A DNA stretch of 64,000 bases, taken from contig JAFSMO010000059.1 in assembly GCA_017447865.1 (NCBI GenBank), positions 44,544 to 108,543 of the forward strand. The letters run 5' to 3'. The notes below the pieces were generated by a model that was given only the letters and a program-made list of their open reading frames with translations, was not told where the DNA came from and did not search any database. Positions 34,782 through 45,800 of this stretch are shown here, piece by piece (within the stretch, counting starts at the first letter, position 1; each line of letters opens with the position of its first letter). The stretch is from Thermoguttaceae bacterium (GTDB lineage: Bacteria; Planctomycetota; Planctomycetia; Pirellulales; Thermoguttaceae). The position numbers were made by a program, and so were the translations under genes.

Positions 34782-35426
34782 TCAGAAGTGAAATCTCATC
34801 ACGGAGACCAGCACGCCGTAAATGCCGGAGCAGGAGTTTTCAAACCATCGGGTCGGTGTGAACAAACGATTCTTCCCGGTCCCTTCATCCAGGCGGCAAT
34901 GGGCCAGAAGGAATTCGTCCTGGAAGTCACGAATGATGACCGTCTCACCTTCCGCCGCGTTTCTGGCACGGCGCACGACCAGCAAATCGCCCTTCCGGAA
35001 GAAGTACTCTTTGGAAAGTGAATCATCCTCGACACGCACCAGGAAAAAATCTTCACCGCTGAGCTGGATCTTTTCGTGAATTTCCATGCGTTCTTCCGGA
35101 TTGGAATTTTCCACGAGCCGGCCTTCCACGATGGACGCCGCGACGCGAAGCCCCGTGAGTGGTTTCTCCGTCCGTTCAACGAGCATGATCGAGCGTGAAA
35201 GGTTGGCCTCACGGTGAATGAAACCTTTACGTTCCAGCGCCACGAGATGCCCCACGACGCCGTTCGGAGAGTTGATCCCCATCTGGTCGCCGATTTCACG
35301 GACCGTCGGACCGTAACCACGTTTACGAACGCAGCGGCGGATGAATTCGAGTGCCTCGCGCTGACGGGCAGTAAGAGGGAGTTTGGACGGAGCGTCTGCG
35401 AGATGGCTTTTGGTTGGATTAGACAT
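34782..35426 (-). CDS. lexA: LexA-family repressor with atypical autocleavage residues
   Basis: The winged-helix N-terminus is LTARQREALEFIRRCVRKRGYGPTVREIGDQMGINSPNGVVGHLVALERKGFI, followed by an S24-like C-terminal domain. See the findings for the missing Ala-Gly site and Lys. Confidence 0.75.
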   Translation of the reverse strand: MSNPTKSHLADAPSKLPLTARQREALEFIRRCVRKRGYGPTVREIGDQMGINSPNGVVGHLVALERKGFIHREANLSRSIMLVERTEKPLTGLRVAASIVEGRLVENSNPEERMEIHEKIQLSGEDFFLVRVEDDSLSKEYFFRKGDLLVVRRARNAAEGETVIIRDFQDEFLLAHCRLDEGTGKNRLFTPTRWFENSCSGIYGVLVSVMRFHF

Positions 35427-35888
35427 TTACGCAATCCTTTGCAAAAAAAGTGAAAATTGGGAAAAATGAATGAACCAAGAGAATCATTTCTCATTGGATG
35501 TTCTAGTTTTACACCACAAAAGGCATTTTGTCAAGAGTCACTATTAAGCAAAACCCGGTGAATTTTGTTTACATTTGACCTTTTATGAACTGCTTTCTTG
35601 TTCACTAAAACCCACCTTTTTTTTCATTAAAATTTCGTTCACCTGATTTCGTCTGAAAATCCGAAAAAACCCGCGTGCAAACTCGCGTGATGTTCTTGAG
35701 CCGTTAAAACGTTCACGAATGAAATTTTAAAGGGGAAAAAAATTTCCAAAAAATTTGAAAATTTTTCTCGTGGTGCTTTTCAAAAAGAAAAAAAAGAGTA
35801 AAATGAAAGAAAATCTTTGAGGGATTCGCGGTCTGCGAGGCCCTCGTCAAAATTAATCAGTCCTTCCAGCCTTTTTTCACAGTTTCCC

Positions 35889-37232
35889 ATGAATCCTCAA
35901 GTCCAAAAAGCCCTTCAGCGTGCCGACGAAACCCGCGATCTGCTCATCGGCGAAGGCGTTCTTCCTCAGGTCGCCGCGATGTTCCAGCACCAATTCCCCG
36001 GCAAAAAAGCCATCGTCGTGGCCGACACAAATACGTGGCGGGTTGCCGGTCAATTCGTTGAAAAAGCCCTTTCCGAAGCCGGGATCGAGCAGGAAAAACC
36101 CTACATTTTCGACGCGGCCGGCGTGACTGACGAAGGTTTCCATGCCGAATGGACGTACGTCATGATGCTCGAGGAAAACCTCAAAACCCACGACGCGATC
36201 CCGGTCGCCTGCGGTTCCGGGACGATCAACGACCTTTGCAAAGTCGTGTCGTACCACCTCGGCCGCCGCTACATGGTCTGCGGGACGGCCGCGTCGATGG
36301 ACGGTTACACGGCTTTCGGAGCCGCCATCACGAAGGACGGCAAAAAGTCCACGCACACGTGCCCTGCTCCGCAAGCTGCTCTGGTCGATACGCTGATCGC
36401 TGCGGAGGCCCCGCAGGAAATGACCGCCTCCGGTTACGCGGACCTTTACGCCAAAATCCCGGCCGGAGCAGACTGGATCCTCTCCGACGCTCTGGGGGTT
36501 GAGCCGATCGATGAGCACGCCTGGAGCGTCGTTCAGGACGGCCTTGCCGCGGCCCTCGCCGACCCGGAAGGCCTCGCCGCGAAGAAACCCGAAGCGTTCG
36601 GGCCGCTTCTGGAAGGTTTGATTCTGGGCGGTTTCGCGATGCAGGCGCACAAAAGCAGCCGGCCCGCCTCGGGCGCCGACCATCAATTCAGCCATTTGTG
36701 GGAAATGGAGCACCACACGTTCAACGGCGTGGCCCCCTCCCACGGGTTCAAAGTCGCGATCGGGACCCTCGCCTCGCTGGCGCTTTACGACTGCTTCCTG
36801 CACACCGACATGACGCAGCTCGACGTGGAAGCGTGCGTAACCGCCTGGCCGTCGCTGGAGGACCAGCAGAAAGTCGCCGCAAAACTCTACGAGGGGACGG
36901 ATTTCCCGGATCTCGGAGTGACCGAGATCACCGCGAAATACTCGACGCCGGACGAACTGCGGAAGCAGCTCACTACGTTGAAAGAAAACTGGCCGGAGAT
37001 CCGCGCGCGGCTTGAGAAGCAGGTCGTTCCCGTGAAGAAGGTTCAGGAGCAATTCGCAATTATTGGAGCGCCCAAGCATCCGGAAGAGATCGGGATCACA
37101 CGCGAGCGGTTCCGTTCGAGTTTCCTCCGCGCCCAGCACGCCCGCCGCCGGTTCACGATCCTGGACATTGCGGTCCGGACCGGAAATCTTGAGAAATGGA
37201 TCGACGAGATTTTCGCAAAGAAAGAGATTTAA
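35889..37232 (+). CDS. Iron-containing alcohol dehydrogenase family protein, sn-glycerol-1-phosphate dehydrogenase-like
   Basis: The ATG at 35889 (MNPQVQKAL...) is the likely start; the track ORF extends to 35817. The motifs GSGTINDLCKVVS, TAASMDGYTAF, SGYADLYAK and GADHQFSHLWE fit the COG0371 GldA/EgsA(AraM) pattern. Confidence 0.6.
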   Translation: MNPQVQKALQRADETRDLLIGEGVLPQVAAMFQHQFPGKKAIVVADTNTWRVAGQFVEKALSEAGIEQEKPYIFDAAGVTDEGFHAEWTYVMMLEENLKTHDAIPVACGSGTINDLCKVVSYHLGRRYMVCGTAASMDGYTAFGAAITKDGKKSTHTCPAPQAALVDTLIAAEAPQEMTASGYADLYAKIPAGADWILSDALGVEPIDEHAWSVVQDGLAAALADPEGLAAKKPEAFGPLLEGLILGGFAMQAHKSSRPASGADHQFSHLWEMEHHTFNGVAPSHGFKVAIGTLASLALYDCFLHTDMTQLDVEACVTAWPSLEDQQKVAAKLYEGTDFPDLGVTEITAKYSTPDELRKQLTTLKENWPEIRARLEKQVVPVKKVQEQFAIIGAPKHPEEIGITRERFRSSFLRAQHARRRFTILDIAVRTGNLEKWIDEIFAKKEI

Positions 37233-37408
37233 GGGAAATTCGGGTCTGATCGAATATTCGGAGCGTAATCAAAAAAAGGATACGCTCCGATTTTTTATTT
37301 TTAAAATTTTCCGATTTTGCGGATTTTTCTTTTGTAATCTTTTTCCCCTGCCGATAAACCAAAGAGGATTTGAAGTATTTTGGTTTTTTAGGGGCATAAT
37401 ATCACATC

Positions 37409-39694
37409 ATGATCAGGAAAAACTGGCAGAAAAAACGGCGGATCCTGCTTTTTCTTATCCTTTTTGTTTTGGCTTCACCGGTTCACACGGTGCTGGGGGA
37501 TAGTGTACTTGAAAATTCAGTCCAGGGAAATGCCGCACCCATTGCGGAAGAACAAAATGCGGCACTTCATCAAACCTGGAATCTGATTTGCTGGGCGGAC
37601 CCGGAAGTTCTTCTAACCGAACTGGAAGAGGCGGGAAAGGCACCAATTCTTAGCGAATGGTGTTCCGGCGTGGAGATCCTGATCAACGATTTGAGTCAAA
37701 CTTTTCCCATTTTAAAACAGTGTGACCCGGAAACGCGCCGTCTGTTCCGTTTTCGTGCCAATACGACCGTAAAAAATACTCAAACGACTCTTGACGAGTG
37801 GAATTTCCAGGACACTTCCATTCGGGCACGCCGTAAAGACATTTTGACACTCCTGACGGTAAAATTGCAGGAAGGCCGCGAATTGCAAAGGAAACTCGGA
37901 GCCGATTTGGATACACTGTTCCTCCTGACGCGCGTCACTTACACACTGCAGCGTCGGCTCATCCTTTGGAATCACTGCGACATGCTGCTCACCACACCGC
38001 CAGGGCCAAAGCCGAATATTTCCGAGGCGGAATGGCTTTCCTCTGTATCCAATGTGAAAAAAGTGGCGGCGGCGCATCCCTACATGGAAACATGGTTCAG
38101 CTATTTGCGTCTTGAAACGCTGAAGCAATTTTCGAAACTTTCACCGACTCAGCAGCGCGACATTGCCTGGCAGATACTCGGGCGTCTCCACCCCAATCAT
38201 GCGGATGCGTCCCAGAAACAGTTTTTGGCTCATGAAAATTTTGAGAAGCTGGAAACCTTCCTGAAACTTTATGCTTCCATTCGGTCTGCGGACGATTGCC
38301 TTATGGCCGCCGCGGAAGCGTATGAAAAGGCGGAAGACGTGAAGGCAGGAAACCGTCTCGTGATGGAATCCCGCCGTTTCGAACTGGAACAGGGCCACGA
38401 ACTGCCCGCTCAGGCAAAATTCCTGGAGGACATTTACAGGAACGCCAATTTGCGCCTGTACGTCACAGAAGAGTTTTTAAACTCCAGCCTGCCTCAGCCT
38501 GGCTCGGAAGAACGCGCCATTCAGGAAACGATGCTGGATCGCATGGTTTACGGGCGTGGCGTTTCGAACACGAAACTAAACATTGAAACGATTCCGGATG
38601 AAAACCATTTCCGCTTTGGTTTGTTTGTGGAAGGAACAATGAATTCCTCTACGTATTCCCCGGACGTCGTAACCGTTTACAATCACACGGATTCCAAATA
38701 CAGAGCAATGAAGGAGATCCTGTTTTCTTCGGAAGGGCTGAAAACACTCCCGGCCGTCGCAAAAGTTCAGAGCCAAATTCAACTTCAAAATCTCCGTACT
38801 CCATTGGATGCGATCCCGGTAATCGGCTTCGTTGCGAACGGAGTCGCCCGAAATCAGGCGCAAGCAAAACAGAAAAATGCCCGTCAGATTTCCGAACAGA
38901 AAATTCACAGAGAAGTTTGCGAAAAACTGGACGAGGGAGTGGAAAACAAGCTGGACGTCGCCAACAAATTCCTTGAAGAGAAATTTTTCACGGCCTTATC
39001 CCGATTTGAACTGGCTCTTGAGGAGTTGGAGGCCAAAACGACAGAAGATTCTGCGGTCATTCGTATGCGTCTGGCGGGAATTATCCAGCCTGGAGCCTAC
39101 ACCGCCCGCCCGATTCCACCGGAAAACAGTCAGATCAACTTCCAGGTTCATGAATCCGCGGCAAACAATTTCCTCCAGAAATTTCATCTGGAAGGAAGGA
39201 CCTTCACGCTGGAAGAGCTGATCCAGTACCTGCGCAGCCGCTTGCCGAACTGCAAAATTGGGGAGCGTTTCATTCGTCCCAAAGAAAAGTTCATTTTAAC
39301 TTTCGCCGACCAAAACGCAGTAACGGTCAAACTGGAAAATGGGGAATTTACGGTCTGTTTGGCAGTGAAAAGTCTCTCGGTGGGAAGACGTTCATGGTCT
39401 AATTTCGTCGTGGAGGCATCATACCAGGTTGAGTCAGGCCCCTTGGCCGTTTACGTGTCCCGGAAAGGCCCCGTTCATCTTTCAGGCGGGATCCCGGCGA
39501 GTCAGCAGATCGTCGTGCGCGGCGTGTTCAGCAAAGTTTTCCCCAAAACGGATCAGAACAATAATATTTTGCCGGAGAAATTCATTCAAAACCCACGATT
39601 CCTCAATCTGGAATTAGACCAGCTCGTCGTTCAGGATGGCTGGCTCGGGATTTCCTTTGGGCCAAAATCGACCAACGGAATCGTGAAGTATTGA
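37409..39694 (+). CDS. Secreted hypothetical protein (761 aa)
   Basis: It has a signal-like N-terminus (KKRRILLFLILFVLASPVHTVLG). I recognised no family. The gene is visibly AT-richer than most of the window. Confidence 0.6.
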   Translation: MIRKNWQKKRRILLFLILFVLASPVHTVLGDSVLENSVQGNAAPIAEEQNAALHQTWNLICWADPEVLLTELEEAGKAPILSEWCSGVEILINDLSQTFPILKQCDPETRRLFRFRANTTVKNTQTTLDEWNFQDTSIRARRKDILTLLTVKLQEGRELQRKLGADLDTLFLLTRVTYTLQRRLILWNHCDMLLTTPPGPKPNISEAEWLSSVSNVKKVAAAHPYMETWFSYLRLETLKQFSKLSPTQQRDIAWQILGRLHPNHADASQKQFLAHENFEKLETFLKLYASIRSADDCLMAAAEAYEKAEDVKAGNRLVMESRRFELEQGHELPAQAKFLEDIYRNANLRLYVTEEFLNSSLPQPGSEERAIQETMLDRMVYGRGVSNTKLNIETIPDENHFRFGLFVEGTMNSSTYSPDVVTVYNHTDSKYRAMKEILFSSEGLKTLPAVAKVQSQIQLQNLRTPLDAIPVIGFVANGVARNQAQAKQKNARQISEQKIHREVCEKLDEGVENKLDVANKFLEEKFFTALSRFELALEELEAKTTEDSAVIRMRLAGIIQPGAYTARPIPPENSQINFQVHESAANNFLQKFHLEGRTFTLEELIQYLRSRLPNCKIGERFIRPKEKFILTFADQNAVTVKLENGEFTVCLAVKSLSVGRRSWSNFVVEASYQVESGPLAVYVSRKGPVHLSGGIPASQQIVVRGVFSKVFPKTDQNNNILPEKFIQNPRFLNLELDQLVVQDGWLGISFGPKSTNGIVKY

Positions 39695-39724
39695 CCTTTT
39701 AATCGTCCGAATTTAAAGCCACAG

Positions 39725-39760
39725 AAAAAACCCACCTGATACAAAACCAGGCGGGTTTTT
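39725..39760 (+). terminator. Rho-independent terminator after 37409..39694
   Basis: AAAACCCACCTG-loop-CAGGCGGGTTTT is followed by T's. Confidence 0.7.
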
Positions 39761-39794
39761 GGGATTAATCACCGGCGATTACTGGCACGCTGAG

Positions 39795-39828
39795 TAAAAA
39801 CCACGCTTCCGTTTGCCCCCCACGGAAG
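39795..39828 (-). terminator. Candidate terminator after giant gene A
   Basis: The CTTCCGT-n9-ACGGAAG stem is followed on the minus strand by a short T-run (plus-strand AAAAA at 39796..39800). Confidence 0.45.
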
Positions 39829-39879
39829 TACAAAAGCCTCCGGAACTCCGTCCTTTTGCGCTTCCGCGGGAAAACCTTT

Positions 39880-42800
39880 TCAGGAAATCATCTTTCCAAG
39901 CGTGACTTCCAGTTCTTCCGTTTCTTCTTTCTTCACTTCATCCAAGACGTCATCCAACTCGAACGCCTCGTCTGACGTACTGAGAGGGGCCTCATTCGTC
40001 ACAGGCTGGGGAAGGGCCTCCTCGAGCAGTTCAGCACGCAAGGCGTTTTCTTCCTCGATCTGCTTCTGGAAATCAGGAGCTTGAGCCGTCCAGTCATTGA
40101 CGTATACGTTTCCGAAGGACGTCTGGAACGCCGGGACGGACTCGGAAATTGCTGCCGCCGGTTCAGAAACGGAAAGCGCCGCCTCGGGTTCAGGGGCCGG
40201 AAGTACCACAGGCTCGGGTTCCGAAAGTACCGCAGGCTCAGGGGCCGGAAGTACCGCCGGCTGTGCGGTTGGATTGCCCCAGTCTTCGGTCAGCGTGTCA
40301 GCGTAAACGATGGAACTTCCTTCCTTTTTGCCAAAATTCCGCGCGAAAAGAACCAGGTCGTTGATCTCCACCCTGCCACCGGCGTTGAAATCGGCCGCGC
40401 CCGTGATCGTGAATGGAACGGCCGGCTGGGCAAACACTCTCGCGAAAGCCACCAGGTCATTAATGTCAATGGTTCCCGAGTCGTCAAGGTCATAAACCAC
40501 AGGATAAACGGACGGAAGATCCTGCGTCGTGTTTTCGACCGTGGAGACGACCGTATCGTTCGTGTCTGCCATTACCACCGAATTTTCGATCTGGATTCCA
40601 ATCTCGACTCCCTCAACGGCGTAAGTTTCCGAAAGGTGCACACCGTCTTTTTGAGCGTAGAACTGAATACTTCCAAGAAGCACGTGATCCCCCACGCCTT
40701 CCAGGTCGCAGACCCCGACGTTTTCCACTCCCGCTTTCACGGAGGCCTGGATCTGGATTTTGTTCTCGTTGGCCACTTTCGTGACGGTCACGGAGCTGAA
40801 AATCGTGGAATCGTATTTCACGGAAATGTTTCCGTTCTTTATCGGATTGAATTTTGCCGGGTCGTAGGCAATCTCCGCTGTGTAACTCTTCAGACCGGTT
40901 TCAGTCGCGGAAAGAACGGAGGCCCAGACTTCGACCCAAACGTTCTGCCACTCGTCGATCCACTTTTCACTCGCGGGAATTTCCTGCCGCGATGCGCCGC
41001 CCGATTCGCCGGTTTCATCCAGCGAAGACGTTTTGCGGATGACCAGCGCCGTTTCTCCCTGAACATTCAGATTGATCGTTTGTTCCAGAGCGTCCAGTTG
41101 CTCGACCGGGCAGCCGGAAACCATCGAAACCGACGACGAATCCAGGAAAATCGAGATCTGATCGCCCGTTCCAGCCAAAACCGAACCGGCGGTCCATTTC
41201 AGAACGTTCCCATGGCGGGTAAGTGTGCCGGTGGACGTAATATTCACCCACGAATCGGAGCCGCTGGCCTTTTTCAGGATGGTCACGCTCGCGTTGGCGT
41301 TTTTGAGGTTTTCCTCGAAAGTCCAAATCGCTTCCAGCGAATCTTCCCGGGCGCGGATTTTCTGCTCCACGGAGGTTTGCGCCAGGGTGAGGGTCTGAGT
41401 CGCCTGCGCGTCCGTAAGGGTCAGAATGGAACCGTCCACCGAGCAGAAATCCTCGGCGCGAATCGTCAGCGTGGCCGTAGTTTGCGTAAACTGTTTGTAC
41501 GCGAACGTGAACGTGGCGGTCTTTCCATCGGCCGAAAGCGTAAAGCTGGAAGCGGAAACGCCATCGATCTGGACCGAAGATTTGGAAATCAGATCCGCGC
41601 GGACCGGTTTTTCCAAGGAGAGCGTCACGGTCGTCGGACGAGTGGTCAAGGTTTCCGAAATGGCGGCTCCGTTGACCTTCACACCGGTTTCCGTCAGGCC
41701 GAACGAGAATTCGTTCTGGGTGATTCCCTGGACCGTCATCACGTAGTCGCACTCGGCGCTCTCCGCCGTTCCGACGTAGAGGTAATATTCCGTTCCCGCC
41801 GTCGCCGAGTAGGTGAACGTCCCATTCTGAACCGTCCCCTGGATCTCTGTCCCGGCCTCATCGACGAGAAACACTTCAAGGTCTTCCACGTTTCCTCTCA
41901 ATCCCGCGCCGAACACCACAGAAATGGAGGACTCATCAGCCGTGAAGTGATAAATGTCCATCTGCGTGTCGTAAGGCCAGACAGTACTGGAGCAAAGCGT
42001 CAACTGCGTTTCCGGAGACGAGGCGGACGCGCCCGTCACGTAAAGGAAACCTTCGCGGATCTGAACCGCCTGAGGAAGTGCCCCGATGTTTTCCGAAATA
42101 ACCAGATCAGAAAGGATGAATCGGTCGTCTGCCGGAGACGCTTTTCTGAAGTCGAACGTGTGCAGTGCAATGCCGGAAGTATAATCTCCCGGCGCGGAGG
42201 CCGCAACCAAAACGCCGTTCTCGGAGGTGACGGAGTAGCCAAACCCAAGATCCGAGTCTTCCGCCAGACGCATGGAAGAACCGTTCATGGCAAGCACGAA
42301 AACCATCCCGTTGGAACCGGATTCCGTGGTCCACGTGCCGGTCTGCTGATTGTAAGCGCTGTACGTATTGGCTAAAGGCGCGCCGACAACGACCAGACCG
42401 GCGTCATCAATCGCCACGGAGTAACCGAAATTGGACCAGTTCTCACTCCACGAGAGCTGATTGTTTTGGATCACCGGGGTCTGCCCGTCCGCTTCCAGTT
42501 TAAGGTTCACCTGCCTGGCCAGCATCTGCGTCAAATTGTACGTTTCCGGTGTGGTTTCGCCTCCACTCAAGTCAAACAGATACGACATTTGGTAGGCCGT
42601 TTGCGAACCGACTACCAGAAGGCCCAAAGACTCCGAGTAATCCATGACGAAGCCGAAATCGTGGGAGCTTCCCGGGTTTTTAATCGTCTGGAACGGCGTG
42701 GAATTTCCTGCCGCGTTGATGGAATCCAAATCAAAGAGGTACACCGCGCCGGTCGTTCCATCGCCGTTGGAGTGACCTGGAGCCGAAATCGCCAGCGTGG

Positions 42801-45800
42801 AACCGTTCAGGACGAGCGTCGCGCCGAAACCGTCGCCGGAAACGGAAACACTCGTTTTGACCGTTCCGACCTGCTCAAGAGCGGTTCCTGCGGCATTCGG
42901 CGCGTAGATCAAAACCTGATTGTGCGTGGAATCACCGACGAAAACATAGTCTCCGTAAACCGCAGAGGAAGCGGCATCGAGCGAATTGTAAATGCCCGCG
43001 GAAGTGAAACTCGCGATCGCCGAGGAAACGTGCCCCACCGCCGAGTTGGAATCGTAAAGCTCCGTAATGGTGTTCACCGTCGTGTACTTTTCGGCATTGA
43101 AAACCGCGTTTTCCGTCAGAACCAGCGTATAAAGCGCGCCGGAGGCGGAAACGTTCGAAGCCGAAACAACGAGCTGGAACGTCTGCGCTTCGTCCGAATG
43201 ATTTCGCACATTTTCGATCCAAACGTCCAGCGAGTCGGAAATCTTTTCACCCATGGACGAGGAATTGGCCTCGGCCAGAAGTGTACCACGGGACCCATTG
43301 GGGAGTTCTTCGTAAAGCTGAATTTTAAAATTCGTATTCGTTCCCAGCGTGATGGAATTGATGGTCAGACCAGCAAAAATCGTGCTTTTCCCATCGACTG
43401 TGAAGCGATAAACGTCCGAATCCCCGGCGCTGGAAATCGTTCCCATGGCGCTCGTCTGGCGGATTTTCTGAACATTTCCCTGTGCGTCGGTTTTCTCCCC
43501 GAGCTCGGAAAGCTGCACGTTCATCGGATCCGTAAAGTCTGCGTTTTCGTAATTCGCATTCCTCAGAATGTACATCACAAAAACGCCGGATTTTTGCCCG
43601 TTGTAAATCATGTCCGCCGTCAGCTGCGCGGATTCCTGAGCCGTCAGACCACCAGAATGAGCCGACGCATCGTAACGGATCGTCACGGATTTCGTCGCCG
43701 CATTCCACTCGGCCTTAATGTGGTCGTTCCAGCACGGATCCGAGTAACCCGCCGGGCTCATGAAGCTGAACGCGATCTGCTCACCGTCCTCGATTCCATC
43801 CAGAACGAACGAGGCGTACCGGGACTGAGTAACGCAGCCGACGATCTGATGAACGAACGCCTGCGAGCCGTCCATGTACTGCGGGAGCCAGCCAGTCGAA
43901 GGATCCGCCGAAACTACGTTGGAGACGGTCTCCGCACTGGTGGATGTAATAGCCAGGCCTTTCGTCGTCGCTCCTTCTGTAACGTTTCCGGCCAGGTCCT
44001 TAATATTCGAAACGGAGAAAGTGTAGAAATCAGACGGGAGCTCCACGAGGGTCGTGAGCGTCCAGATATTGGTTTGCTCGTCGTAACTTCCGTCACCACC
44101 CATCAGGTCCACTTGACCATAAATCTTGCCAGTGAGCGTGGGCCTCGCTTCCAGAACGGCTTCACTGAATTTAACATGAATCCGGGTTTTCCCGCTCGAA
44201 TCCGTCGAGAATGTAATGCTATCAACGGCCGGATTCGTCGAATCGATGCCAAACACGGCGGGGGTCAAGGCGAAATTCGTGCCGGCAAGGGTCTGAATCG
44301 ATTCACTTTCCTCTTCATTCACGGCAAGACCCAGAGTCCAGACGCCATCCGCAAGCGGCGCGTTGAACGTCAGAACGACGTGCGTTCCGTCCTGAACCTG
44401 GCACGCGCTGACGTAATAATCCGTCTGGGCTGCCCCGTCAAGCAAAAGCTGAAAATCCGAGGGGGCGAGCGTCGAAAGGTCCACGTTCTCGGAGAATTCA
44501 AGCGAGACGGACGAAAACGTCTCCAGGAAGGACTGGCCCGCAACGTTGATCTGCGCCGTCGCCGTCGCTGGGGCCTGGGCCGAAATGACTTGAAGCGTAT
44601 AGTCGGCCGCGCCTGACGTCTGGTTCGTGAGCTTGACCGTATAATTCGCCGCCGCTGGTGAAGTGTTTTTCAGCGTCGTGATCCACTGGCTCTCAGAATC
44701 GCCCGCCAGCAGCGTATCTACCGCCAGAAGCATTCCTCCCGAATCAAAAAGCTCCATCTTCACGGCTTCCTGCGAGACGGGATCCGTCACGGTAAGCGCC
44801 AGATTGACGCTCTGCCCGGAAGCAAGCGCAAGATCGAACGTTTGCGTTTTGGCCGCACCGCTCGCGGCGAGCGTTCCAACGACCGAGCTGCCCGGGACCA
44901 GGTCTTCATCGGAGGCAAAACTCGCGTTCAGAACCGCCTGAACCAAAACTCTTTCGGTGGCTTCCCCGCTGAGGATCCGCACCTGAAGGCCATGAATTTC
45001 CGGATCGTAGGTGCGCTCGATCGTGTAGTCGTTCAAGCCTTCCACGAGGAAATTGACGTTTGCCGCTTCTTCTTCGGTCAGGTCCAGAATTTCGAAGGTC
45101 GTTCCGACACTGATTTCCAGCTCGCCGCGTTTTACATCGCTTCCTTCCGTTCCGACGGGGACGAGATTCAGTGTGTGGCTTCCCGTGAATTCGTAATTTG
45201 CAACCGAAAGTGTATTGAGCGATGCCCCGGAAACCGCCTTGAGTCCGCTGACATTCAGCGTGTATGCGCCATTCGGCACGGTTTCTGGGACGTTCCAGAC
45301 CACCTGATTTCCGTTTACGACCCCCTGGAGTTCCAGCACCGTTTCTGCCCCATGCGAGTCCCTGAAGACAGCCGTGGCCGAATCCAGACTGGAAACCAGA
45401 ATCTGCTGCGCATACTCAACGGTCACTTCATTGGAACGATCTTTCGGTTGAGCGGCCACTCCCGAGGAAAACGCCGCCAGTGCGTTCGAAGTAGTGCGAA
45501 GGTAATAAATGCGTGTAACCTCCGAGAAAAGCCTGACCTTGTAAATTCCCGTCCTGGAAGGAGTAAACGAAACCGAAACTGCGTCGTCCCCGATCGTTTT
45601 CGTAAAGGTTTGCTCGGAGCCATCCGGTCCCAGGATCAAAACGTCCATTTCCGTTTCGGATTTTGAAATCTGGAATTCGATCTTCGTCCCGGCAGAAGTC
45701 ACGTTCAGATTCCAGGAATCACCGTTGGAATAATTCGTCAGCGTCGTGACGGTATTTCCTTCAAAATCCAGTACATCCATCCGATCCGCCGACAAAAGAA

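Noticed and set aside
40081-44616. Plus-strand ORFs 40081..42375 (764 aa) and 42466..44616 (716 aa).
   Set aside because: They are antisense shadows of giant gene A. The composition is R/G/V-rich, and I saw no motifs, start context or signal sequences.
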